Positions 34,586 through 42,442 of a stretch of DNA of 50,720 bases are shown piece after piece. Position 1 is the first letter of the stretch. The number at the start of each line of letters is the position of its first letter. A program made the position numbers and the translations under genes. The stretch comes from Candidatus Bipolaricaulota bacterium. Its GTDB lineage: Bacteria; Bipolaricaulota; Bipolaricaulia; UBA7950; UBA9294. Below the pieces are notes generated by a model. The model made no database searches, had not been told where the DNA came from, and was given only the letters and a program-made list of their open reading frames with translations. The stretch lies in assembly GCA_022711155.1 (NCBI GenBank), contig JAKLFO010000001.1:1-50720 (forward strand), given 5' to 3'.

Positions 34586-34954
34586 ATGCTCTTGCGCGAC
34601 GTGGCGAAGCTCGTGGAAGGCGACATCCTGTCGGGAGGGAACAACGGCGACCTCGTGATCGACCGGGCGTACGCCGTCGACCTCCTGTCCGACATCCTCG
34701 CCTTGACCGACGAGCGGACGACGCTCATCACCGGAACGATCAGTCCGCAGGTCCTCCGCGTAGCGGAGATCCTGAACGTCATCGCGATCATCTTCGTGCG
34801 CGGCAAGCGCCCGACGCCCGCCATGGTCGCGCACGCCGAGACCCTCAACATCCCGGTGGTCGCGACGAAGAAGACGATGTTCGAGACGTGCGGGCTCTTG
34901 TACGCCGACGGGGTGCGGGCGTGCAAGAACCGACCGGTGGAGACGATGGAGTGA
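34586..34954 (+). CDS. DRTGG domain protein.
   Basis: AYAVDLLSDILALTDERTTLITGTISPQVLRVAEILNVIAIIFVRG matches the DRTGG pattern. The gene starts 11 nt after the apgM stop. Confidence 0.8.
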   Translation: MLLRDVAKLVEGDILSGGNNGDLVIDRAYAVDLLSDILALTDERTTLITGTISPQVLRVAEILNVIAIIFVRGKRPTPAMVAHAETLNIPVVATKKTMFETCGLLYADGVRACKNRPVETME

Positions 34955-35403
34955 AGCAGTTCGTCCATCTCGTCAAGCCCCGTGACATCGAGCACGGCGG
35001 GATCGCGTCGGCGGAGATCAAGCGCGAGCTGCGCGAGTGGGGCGCCAGCGCGGCCGACGCGCGGCGCGCCGGGATCATCGCGTTCGAAGGCGAGATGAAC
35101 CTCATCGTCTACGCCGACCACGGCGGCACGATCCAGGTGACCTTGTCCCGCGAGTGGATTGAGATCCTCATCGCGGACGACGGCCCCGGGATCGGCGACA
35201 TCGACCTCGCCATGACGCCGGGATACTCGACCGCGCCGGCCTGGGCCACGAACCTCGGGTTCGGAGCCGGGATGGGGCTGCCCAACATGCAGAGGAGTTC
35301 CGACGAATTCGAGATGCACTCCCACGTAGGGCAGGGAACGCTGATCCGTTGTCGGATCGAGAGGAGAGGACATGACGCTGCGAGAACTGGCCAAGCTCCT
35401 TAG
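34951..35403 (+). CDS. Anti-sigma-factor-type serine kinase / GHKL ATPase (RsbW-like).
   Basis: The GTG start overlaps the previous stop as GTGA. DDGPGIGDIDLAMTPGYSTA...GFGAGMGLPNM are GHKL G1/G2-box-like motifs. Confidence 0.75.
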   Translation: MKQFVHLVKPRDIEHGGIASAEIKRELREWGASAADARRAGIIAFEGEMNLIVYADHGGTIQVTLSREWIEILIADDGPGIGDIDLAMTPGYSTAPAWATNLGFGAGMGLPNMQRSSDEFEMHSHVGQGTLIRCRIERRGHDAARTGQAP

Positions 35404-35716
35404 GTGGGACGTCCAGAGCGAGGGATCCGGACTGGACGAGGCGGTCCGTGGGGGGTACTGCGGTGACTTGCTCTCCCACGCCCTCGCCTCGGCCAAAGCG
35501 GGCGACGTGTGGATCACGATCCAGCACCACGCCAACGTCGTGGCCGTCGTTCAGGTCGCCAACCTGGCGGGCATCGTCCTCGCGTGCGGCGTCCGCGCGG
35601 CCGACGGCGTCGTGGAGCGCGCGAGGGAAGCGGGCGTCTCGGTCTTCTCCTCGCCGGACTCGGCCTTCGACCTCGCTGGGAAGGTACACCGCGCACTGTC
35701 CGCGGAGACGCGTTGA
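35372..35716 (+). CDS. Second DRTGG-like domain protein.
   Basis: GYCGDLLSHALASAKAGDVWITIQHHANVVAVVQVANLAGIVLACG is present. The gene overlaps the previous one by 32 nt. Confidence 0.65.
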   Translation: MTLRELAKLLRWDVQSEGSGLDEAVRGGYCGDLLSHALASAKAGDVWITIQHHANVVAVVQVANLAGIVLACGVRAADGVVERAREAGVSVFSSPDSAFDLAGKVHRALSAETR

Positions 35717-36471
35717 GGACGTACGTCGCCGATCTCCACATCCACACGTGCCTGTCGCCGTGCGCCGACCTGTCGATGTCGCCGCGCGCTATCGTCCGCG
35801 CGGCCGCGGAGCGCGGGATCGACCTCATCGCCGTCACGGACCACAACACCGCGCGCATGACCGATGTCGTGGCGCGCGAAGCAGCGCGTCAAGGAATCGC
35901 CTTCCTCTACGGCCTCGAACTGCAGACCCAGGAAGAGGTACACCTCCTGGCGTACTTCGACGCGTCCCCGCCGGCGCACGCCTTCGCGGACAAGATCTAC
36001 GCCCAACTCCCGGACCGACCGAACGTGCCAGAGGCCTTCGGCGATCAGGTCGCCGTCGACGACGCCGAGAAGATCGTCTACGTGGAGCCGCGCCTGCTCC
36101 TCAACTCGCTGCGCCTGGACTTCGAGACGGCCGTCGCGTGGATCACCGATGCTGGCGGCCTGGCCGTGCCGGCGCACGTCGACCGAGAGCCCTACGGCCT
36201 CATCACCCAACTCGGCTTCGTTCCCCCGGGGCTCGATCTTCCGCTCGCCGAGGCGGACGGAGACGAGCTCCCGGCCGCCTGCCACGACAGCCGGCTCGTG
36301 TGGAGCTCGGACTCCCACTGGCCGGAGGCCGTCGGCCGCCGCGTGACCCACTTCACCATGAACGCGCCGTCCGTCGCCGAACTGCGCCTCGCAGCGTCTG
36401 GAGCGGGAGGACGCACGCTGTCGGTCGAGCGACGCCTCTCGCCTGAGGCAGCATCCAGGAGGCGCACGTGA
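35713..36471 (+). CDS. PHP-domain phosphoesterase.
   Basis: YVADLHIHTCLSPCAD and LIAVTDHNT are present. The putative TTG start overlaps the previous stop as TTGA. The track ORF from 35509 is an out-of-frame extension. Confidence 0.75.
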   Translation: MRTYVADLHIHTCLSPCADLSMSPRAIVRAAAERGIDLIAVTDHNTARMTDVVAREAARQGIAFLYGLELQTQEEVHLLAYFDASPPAHAFADKIYAQLPDRPNVPEAFGDQVAVDDAEKIVYVEPRLLLNSLRLDFETAVAWITDAGGLAVPAHVDREPYGLITQLGFVPPGLDLPLAEADGDELPAACHDSRLVWSSDSHWPEAVGRRVTHFTMNAPSVAELRLAASGAGGRTLSVERRLSPEAASRRRT

Positions 36472-36998
36472 TCGAATCCCTGGACATGCACATCCTCGAC
36501 CTGTTCCAGAACGCCCTCGCGTCGGGGGCGTCCGAGGTGCTTCTCCGGCTCGAGTGCCCAAGCGACGAGAATCGGCTCACGATCGAGATGCGCGACAACG
36601 GTCGCGGGATGGACGCAGAGACGCTCGCCGCGGTCGAGCGCGGCTACTACTCGTCGAAGTGCGAACGCTGCGTCGGGCTCGGGCTCCCGCTCTTGCGCGC
36701 CACGGCCGAGCACTGCGGCGGCCAATTCGAGATCAAGAGCCGCCCCGGAGAAGGGACAACGGTCACGGCGACGATGCTGAGAGAGCACATCGACCTGCCG
36801 CCGTTCGAGAACGTGACCGAGACGTTGCTCACGCTCCTCGCCACTTCGGGAGATCGCCGCATCCGGCTCGCCGTCGACTGCGGGATCCCCTTCGAACTCG
36901 ACACAGACGAGATCGAGGCGGCGCTCGGAGACGTACCCCGGAGCCACCCCGACGTCATCGCGTTCCTGCGCGCCTTCCTGGCCGAGCGACTCGGATAA
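36468..36998 (+). CDS. Stand-alone histidine-kinase-like ATPase (HATPase_c) protein.
   Basis: The GTGA overlap gives the start. Motifs are EMRDNGRGMD, GLGLPLL and GEGTTV. There is no HisKA or sensor domain. Confidence 0.7.
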   Translation: MIESLDMHILDLFQNALASGASEVLLRLECPSDENRLTIEMRDNGRGMDAETLAAVERGYYSSKCERCVGLGLPLLRATAEHCGGQFEIKSRPGEGTTVTATMLREHIDLPPFENVTETLLTLLATSGDRRIRLAVDCGIPFELDTDEIEAALGDVPRSHPDVIAFLRAFLAERLG

Positions 36999-37128
36999 GT
37001 GCGGCGGAGCCGCTGCCGCAGCCCGATGGGACTCGACGGGCGGTCCAAGGTACCATTTCGAACCCGGCAGCCCGACGCACCGAGGGAATCCCGGGTAGAG
37101 AACACTGATAAGTGAGGTGGGTGGTGCG

Positions 37129-37686
37129 ATGGAACTCACGTCTTGTACGCCGCAGCAGGCGGCCGACATCCGGCGCATCCTGGACGCGGCGGCCGGCTCG
37201 CCGGGCCCTCTGATCCAAGTCCTTCACGCCGTCCAGGGCGTCGTCGGGTATCTTCCCGCGGACGTTCTGGACTACGTTGCCGATGCCCTCTACCTCCCGA
37301 AGAGCGAAGTCCACGGGGTAGCGACCTTCTACAACTTCTTCCGACTCGACCCCGCGGGCAAGCACACCGTCACGGTCTGCCTCGGGACCGCGTGCTATGT
37401 GAAGGGCGGTGCCAAGATCCTCGAACGCCTCAAGAAGGAGCTCGGCGTGGCGGAGGGAAGGACGACGGCCGACGGCCTGTTCACGCTCGACACCGCTCGC
37501 TGTTTCGGCGCATGCGGCCTGGCGCCGGTCATGACCGTCGACGAGGAGGTCTTCGGGCGCCTGAGCCCGACCAAGGCGCTGGCCATCCTCGAGAAGTATC
37601 GCTCGAGCACGGAGGACGAGACCGCCGGGTCGCGCGAGGTGACTCACACCGCCAAGGTGGCGAAGGGACGGAAGCATGAAGCTTGA
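37129..37686 (+). CDS. hoxE: NuoE/HoxE-like [2Fe-2S] thioredoxin-like subunit (copy 1).
   Basis: GAGGTGG lies upstream of the ATG at 37129. VTVCLGTACYVKG...ARCFGACGLAPVMTV retains all four cluster cysteines. Confidence 0.88.
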   Translation: MELTSCTPQQAADIRRILDAAAGSPGPLIQVLHAVQGVVGYLPADVLDYVADALYLPKSEVHGVATFYNFFRLDPAGKHTVTVCLGTACYVKGGAKILERLKKELGVAEGRTTADGLFTLDTARCFGACGLAPVMTVDEEVFGRLSPTKALAILEKYRSSTEDETAGSREVTHTAKVAKGRKHEA

Positions 37687-38050
37687 GGAACTGCGGCAGA
37701 TCCGCGAACGAGCGCAGTCGGACATGCGCCTGCGCGGTGGAGCGGTGCGCGTGAAGGTCGTCGTCGGCATGGGAACGTCCGGCATCGCCGCCGGCGCGCG
37801 CGGCGTCATCTCGGCGTTTCTCGAGGAGATCCAGAAGCGACGCCTGACCGACGTCGTCGTCACCCAGTCCGGCGAAAAGGGATTCGCGTCGCAGGAGCCC
37901 GTGGTCGAGATCGTCGAGCGGGACCGGCCGCGTGTCCTCTACGGGCACGTCGACCCGGCGGGGGCTCGCCGCATCGTCGCCGAGCACATCGTCAACGGCG
38001 CCGTCGTCGAGGACCTCGTCCTCGCGGTCCACGAGGCGGAGAAGGAGTAG
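37676..38050 (+). CDS. Thioredoxin-like [2Fe-2S] ferredoxin-fold protein with no cysteines (degenerate).
   Basis: VKVVVGMGTSGIAAGARGVISAFLEE...VVVTQSGEKGFASQEPVVEIV aligns with the CxxxxC...C...C ferredoxin module found in hydrogenase operons. This 124-aa protein contains no Cys. Confidence 0.75.
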   Translation: MKLEELRQIRERAQSDMRLRGGAVRVKVVVGMGTSGIAAGARGVISAFLEEIQKRRLTDVVVTQSGEKGFASQEPVVEIVERDRPRVLYGHVDPAGARRIVAEHIVNGAVVEDLVLAVHEAEKE

Positions 38051-38052
38051 GC

Positions 38053-41000
38053 GTGCCGAGTCGTCTTGAAGTCCTGGTCTGCGCTGGCGGCGCGTGCGTC
38101 TCTTCCCACAGCCGAGAGATGCGAGAGGAACTCGGGAAGCGGATCGACGCGCACGGGCTCGCCGAAGAGGTACGCATCATCGAAACGGGGTGCATGGGGC
38201 CGTGCGAGCACGGCCCGCTCGTCCTCGTCTACCCGGAAGGCGTGCTCTACAAGAGCGTCGCCGCCGCCGACGTCGACGAGATCGTGCGCGAGCACTTCCT
38301 GAAGGGCCGCGTCGTGTCGCGCCTCCTCTTCCGCTCCGAGGAGGCCGACCGGATCATTCGCGAGAAGCGCTCGATCCCGTTTTTCGAGAAGCAGATGAAG
38401 ATCGTCCTCGCCAACTGCGGGGCGATCGACCCCGAGTCCATCGACGAGTACATCGGCGCGAACGGCTACGAAGCGCTGGGGAAGGCCGTGACGTCCATGA
38501 CTCCGGACGAAGTGCTCGCGGAGGTCAAGGCGTCGGGGCTGCGCGGGCGCGGCGGCGCCGGCTTCTCCACCGGGATGAAGTGGCAGTTCGTCCGCGACGC
38601 CAAGTCGAGCGAGAAGATGGTCATCTGCAACGCCGACGAGGGAGACCCCGGCGCGTTCATGGACCGCGCGGTGCTCGAGGGCGACCCGCACACCATCATT
38701 GAGGGTATGACGATCGCCGCATACGCCGTGGGGGCGCAGCGCGGCTACGTCTACGTCCGAGCCGAGTACCCGCTGGCCATCGAGCGGCTGCAGATCGCCC
38801 TCAAGGCCGCGCGGGCCATGGGGCTCCTCGGGAAGAACATCCTTGAGACGGAGTTCTCGTTCGACATCGAAGTGCGCGTCGGCGCGGGCGCGTTCGTCTG
38901 CGGCGAGGAGACCGCGCTCATCGCCTCCATCGAGGGGCGGCGCGGCGTCCCGCGGACCCGCCCGCCGTACCCGGCGGCCTCCGGCCTGTGGAAGAAGCCG
39001 ACGCTCCTGAACAACGTCGAGACCTACGCCAACGTGCGGCACATCATCCTTCGCGGCGCCGCCTGGTTCTCCGCGATCGGCGTGGGCGAGAGCAAGGGAA
39101 CGAAGGTCTTCGCGCTGTCGGGGAACGTGCGCAACACGGGACTGGTCGAAGTTCCCATGGGGACGACGCTCGGCGAGGTCGTGTTCGACATCGGCGGCGG
39201 AGTGCCCAACGGGAAGCGACTGAAGGCTGTGCAGACGGGCGGGCCGTCCGGCGGCTGCATCCCCGTCGAGTACCTGAACACGCCCATCTCGTACGAGTCG
39301 CTGAAGCAGCTCGGAGCCATCATCGGATCCGGCGGACTCATCGTGCTCGACGAAGACACGTGTATGGTCAACCTCGCGCGGTACTTCATCGAGTTCACCG
39401 CGTCGGAGTCGTGCGGCCAGTGCACGCCGTGCCGCGTCGGCCTGGTGCGCATGCTCGAGATCCTCAACCGGATCACCGCCGGCGAGGGGACGATGGACGA
39501 TCTCGACAAGCTCGAGTCCCTCGCGACGGCCATCGGGAAGACGTCTCTCTGCGGATTGGGGCAGACGGCGCCGAACCCAGTCTTGAGCACGCTCAAGTAC
39601 TTCCGCGACGAGTACATCGCGCACATCCGCTACAAAACGTGTCCCGCCTCCGTCTGCGCCGCTATGTTCGTCGCGCCGTGCGAGTCGAGCTGCCCGGCGA
39701 ACGTCGACGTGCCCGCGTACGTGGGGCACCTGGCGAACGGCGATGTGGAGGAAGCGTTCCGCGTGCACATGGAGCACAACCCGCTGCCGGGAGTGTGCGG
39801 CCGCGTCTGCTATGCGTTCTGCGAGACGAAGTGCCAGCGCACCCAGGTTGACGAGCCGGTGGCGATCCGCGACCTGAAGCGGTTCATGGCCGACGCCGCG
39901 TCGGAGCACGGGCTGGGGATCGCGCCTCCGGCGAAGGTGAAGCCGGAGAAGGTCGTCATCGTCGGCGCGGGGCCGGCCGGCCTCTCGTGCGCGTACTTCC
40001 TGACGCGACTCGGCTACGCGCCGGTGATCCACGAGGCGCTGCCGATCGCCGGGGGCACGATGGCGACGGGAATCCCCTCGTATCGCCTTCCCCGCGGGAT
40101 CCTCGCCGCTGACGTCGAGCGCATCGAGAAGGCGGGCGTCGAGATCCAGCTCCTGACTCCCGTAGCGGACGTCGAGGAGCTGTTCTCGGCCGGCGCCCGT
40201 GCCGTGTTCGCGGCGACGGGAGCCATGGACGGCCAGACGCTGCGCCTGGGAACTCCGTCCCTTCCCGGCGTCTACGCCGGCGTCGACTTCCTCAAGGCCG
40301 TCAACCTCGAAGGCAAGACGGCGGTCGAGGGAGACGTGGTCGTCATCGGAGGCGGCAACTCGGCCATCGACTCCGCGCGCACGGCGCGACGCCTGGGAGC
40401 GAAGAGCGTGACCATCGTCTACCGCCGCGCCAAGGCCGACATGCCGGCGTCGCGGGAGGAGATCGCGGAGGCGATCGAGGAAGGAATCGAGGTCCGCGAC
40501 ATGACCGCGCCGCTCGGACTCGTCGGATCGAAGCGGGTTGAAGGGCTGCGCTGCAGCAAGATGGTGCCCGGCGAGTTCGACGCATCGGGCCGCCGGCGGC
40601 CGGTCGCCGAAGAGGGTTCGGACTTCGTCCTTCCGGCGTCCACCGTGCTCATCGCCGTCGGCCAGCAGGCGAACCTCGACCTGTTGACGAAGGCGGGCGC
40701 CGAGGCGACGGCCGACAAGAACATCGCTGTGGACGAAGCGTCGATGATGACGCGCCGCGCCGGCCTGTTCGCGGGCGGCGACGTGACGAGCGGCCCATCG
40801 ACGGTGGTCCAGGCGATCGCCGCCGGGCGACGTGCCGCCGCGGCCATCGATCGCTACCTCGGAGGGGACGGCATCATCGTCCGCGAGGCGCGCGTCGAAG
40901 TGGCGTCGCGCTACGACGAGAGCGAGTACGCGAAGGAGCGCGAGCGAGCGGTGCCGCCGCTGGCCGAAGTCGAGGACCGCGTGGGATCGTTCGCCGAGGT

Positions 41001-41142
41001 CAGGGGTTGCTTCACGTGCGCGCAAGCCACGGAAGAAGCTCGGCGCTGCTTGCACTGCGACCGAGCCCAGGACGAGGAGTCGGGGGTTCGCGAGGCCGGA
41101 GGGGCTGTCGCATCGAGGGCCGGCGCGCTCCCCGGCGACTAG
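38053..41142 (+). CDS. NuoF/HoxF-like FMN/NADH subunit fused to a GltD/NfnB-like NADPH-dependent FAD oxidoreductase.
   Basis: AAGGAG lies 7 nt upstream of the GTG. The N-terminal 2Fe-2S domain reads CAGGAC...GCMGPCEHGP. The NuoF core has GLRGRGGAGFSTGMKW, CNADEGDPGAF and ESCGQCTPCR...SLCGLGQ. From about nt 39640 the sequence reads CPASVC...CESSCP...GRVCYAFCETKC, then VVIVGAGPAGLSCA, VVVIGGGNSAIDSA and FAGGDV. Confidence 0.9.
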   Translation: MPSRLEVLVCAGGACVSSHSREMREELGKRIDAHGLAEEVRIIETGCMGPCEHGPLVLVYPEGVLYKSVAAADVDEIVREHFLKGRVVSRLLFRSEEADRIIREKRSIPFFEKQMKIVLANCGAIDPESIDEYIGANGYEALGKAVTSMTPDEVLAEVKASGLRGRGGAGFSTGMKWQFVRDAKSSEKMVICNADEGDPGAFMDRAVLEGDPHTIIEGMTIAAYAVGAQRGYVYVRAEYPLAIERLQIALKAARAMGLLGKNILETEFSFDIEVRVGAGAFVCGEETALIASIEGRRGVPRTRPPYPAASGLWKKPTLLNNVETYANVRHIILRGAAWFSAIGVGESKGTKVFALSGNVRNTGLVEVPMGTTLGEVVFDIGGGVPNGKRLKAVQTGGPSGGCIPVEYLNTPISYESLKQLGAIIGSGGLIVLDEDTCMVNLARYFIEFTASESCGQCTPCRVGLVRMLEILNRITAGEGTMDDLDKLESLATAIGKTSLCGLGQTAPNPVLSTLKYFRDEYIAHIRYKTCPASVCAAMFVAPCESSCPANVDVPAYVGHLANGDVEEAFRVHMEHNPLPGVCGRVCYAFCETKCQRTQVDEPVAIRDLKRFMADAASEHGLGIAPPAKVKPEKVVIVGAGPAGLSCAYFLTRLGYAPVIHEALPIAGGTMATGIPSYRLPRGILAADVERIEKAGVEIQLLTPVADVEELFSAGARAVFAATGAMDGQTLRLGTPSLPGVYAGVDFLKAVNLEGKTAVEGDVVVIGGGNSAIDSARTARRLGAKSVTIVYRRAKADMPASREEIAEAIEEGIEVRDMTAPLGLVGSKRVEGLRCSKMVPGEFDASGRRRPVAEEGSDFVLPASTVLIAVGQQANLDLLTKAGAEATADKNIAVDEASMMTRRAGLFAGGDVTSGPSTVVQAIAAGRRAAAAIDRYLGGDGIIVREARVEVASRYDESEYAKERERAVPPLAEVEDRVGSFAEVRGCFTCAQATEEARRCLHCDRAQDEESGVREAGGAVASRAGALPGD

Positions 41143-41202
41143 CGCCGGTTCGGAAGGGCCTGCCGCCGCAAGGCGGAAGAGACACAGGATCGGGAGGCGG
41201 AA

Positions 41203-41901
41203 GTGGAACGGATTACGGTGAAGATCGACGGCCGGGAGATCGTGACGAGCCCCGGCCGGACGATTCTCGAGGTGGCGGTCGAGCACGGGATACGCATCCC
41301 CACGCTGTGCCATCTCGAGGGCCTGTCTGACGTGGGCGCATGCCGGCTGTGCATCGTCGATGTGCGGGGCCAACTCGTGACGTCGTGCACGACGCGCGTC
41401 GCCGACAAGATGGAAGTGCTGACCGGGACGGATGCGGTTCGCGCCTATCGGCGAACGATCCTCGAGCTTCTGTTCGCGGAAGGAAACCACGTGTGCGCGT
41501 TCTGCGTCTCCAACGGGGGATGCGAGCTCCAGGATCTCGCCTGCGAGCTGGAGATGCACTCGGTCACCGTGCCGTACGCGTACCCTCGCCACCGCGTGGA
41601 CGCCACGCATCCGCGCTTCCTGATCGACCGCGACCGCTGCGTGCTCTGCGGCCGCTGCGTGCGCGCCTGCGGCGAAGTCGAGGGAGCGCGAACGTGGAAC
41701 TTCGCCGAGCGCGGCAGCCAAGCGCGGGTGATCACGGACCTCGATGTGGATTGGGGCACGGCGGCGTCCTGCACGAGCTGCGGCAAGTGCGTCGAGGTCT
41801 GCCCGACGGGGGCCATCGTCCGCAAGGGCGAGAGTAACGGGGAAATGCGCAAGAAGCCGGAGGTCATCACGCGCCTCAAGGAGAGGAGGACACATGGCTA
41901 A
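41203..41901 (+). CDS. hoxU: HoxU-like Fe-S subunit resembling the NuoG N-terminus (2Fe-2S plus 4Fe-4S clusters).
   Basis: Motifs are CHLEGLSDVGACRLCIV, CVLCGRCVRAC and CTSCGKCVEVCP. Confidence 0.88.
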   Translation: MERITVKIDGREIVTSPGRTILEVAVEHGIRIPTLCHLEGLSDVGACRLCIVDVRGQLVTSCTTRVADKMEVLTGTDAVRAYRRTILELLFAEGNHVCAFCVSNGGCELQDLACELEMHSVTVPYAYPRHRVDATHPRFLIDRDRCVLCGRCVRACGEVEGARTWNFAERGSQARVITDLDVDWGTAASCTSCGKCVEVCPTGAIVRKGESNGEMRKKPEVITRLKERRTHG

Positions 41902-42430
41902 GGTTCGAGTGGCCACGATGTGGTTCAGCGGGTGCGCTGGATGCCACATGTCACTCCTTGACATCGACGAGACGCTGATCGATCTCGCAGGCATGATCAC
42001 TCTCTTCAACAGCCCGATCACCGATCTCAAGGTGTTCCCGGAAGAAGGGGTGGACGTGACCCTGATCGAGGGAGCGGTCGGGAACGAGGAGCAGCTGCAT
42101 CTCGCCCGCACGGCGCGCCAGAAGTCGAAGATCCTGATCGCGCTCGGTGACTGCGCCGTGACGGGCAACGTGCCCGCGCTGCGCAACGGGATGGACCCGG
42201 ACGAGATGATCGCCAACATCTACGGGGACAAGGTCACGTCGAACGGCGCTCTCCCGTACGAGGCGGTGCCGCACCTGCTCGGGCGCGTGCGCCCTCTCGC
42301 CGAGGTCGTTCACGTCGACTACTTCCTGCACGGGTGTCCTCCGCCGGCCGGGCTCATCGCCAAGGCCGTGCTGGCCCTCGTCGCGGGCAAGACGCCGGAA
42401 CTCGCCGGCCCTGACCTCAAGTTTGGATAG
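41894..42430 (+). CDS. hoxY: [NiFe]-hydrogenase small subunit, short group-3 type.
   Basis: MAKVRVATMWFSGCAGCHMSLLD, LGDCAV and FLHGCPP are present. The gene overlaps hoxU by 8 nt. Confidence 0.9.
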   Translation: MAKVRVATMWFSGCAGCHMSLLDIDETLIDLAGMITLFNSPITDLKVFPEEGVDVTLIEGAVGNEEQLHLARTARQKSKILIALGDCAVTGNVPALRNGMDPDEMIANIYGDKVTSNGALPYEAVPHLLGRVRPLAEVVHVDYFLHGCPPPAGLIAKAVLALVAGKTPELAGPDLKFG

Positions 42431-42442
42431 CGGAGGAGCAAG

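Noticed and set aside
37030-37075. A tRNA-like T-loop sequence (TTCGAACCC) in the gap before hoxE.
   Set aside because: The flanking bases do not form a T-stem, and no acceptor or anticodon arms can be drawn. It is not a tRNA.
37939-42219. A 1426-aa ORF on the minus strand, the longest in the track.
   Set aside because: It is entirely antisense to hoxE, the NuoF-GltD gene, hoxU and hoxY, all of which carry unmistakable cofactor motifs. Its translation is arginine/alanine/glycine/proline/aspartate-rich low-complexity sequence with no motifs. This is a typical stop-poor antisense frame in high-G+C DNA.
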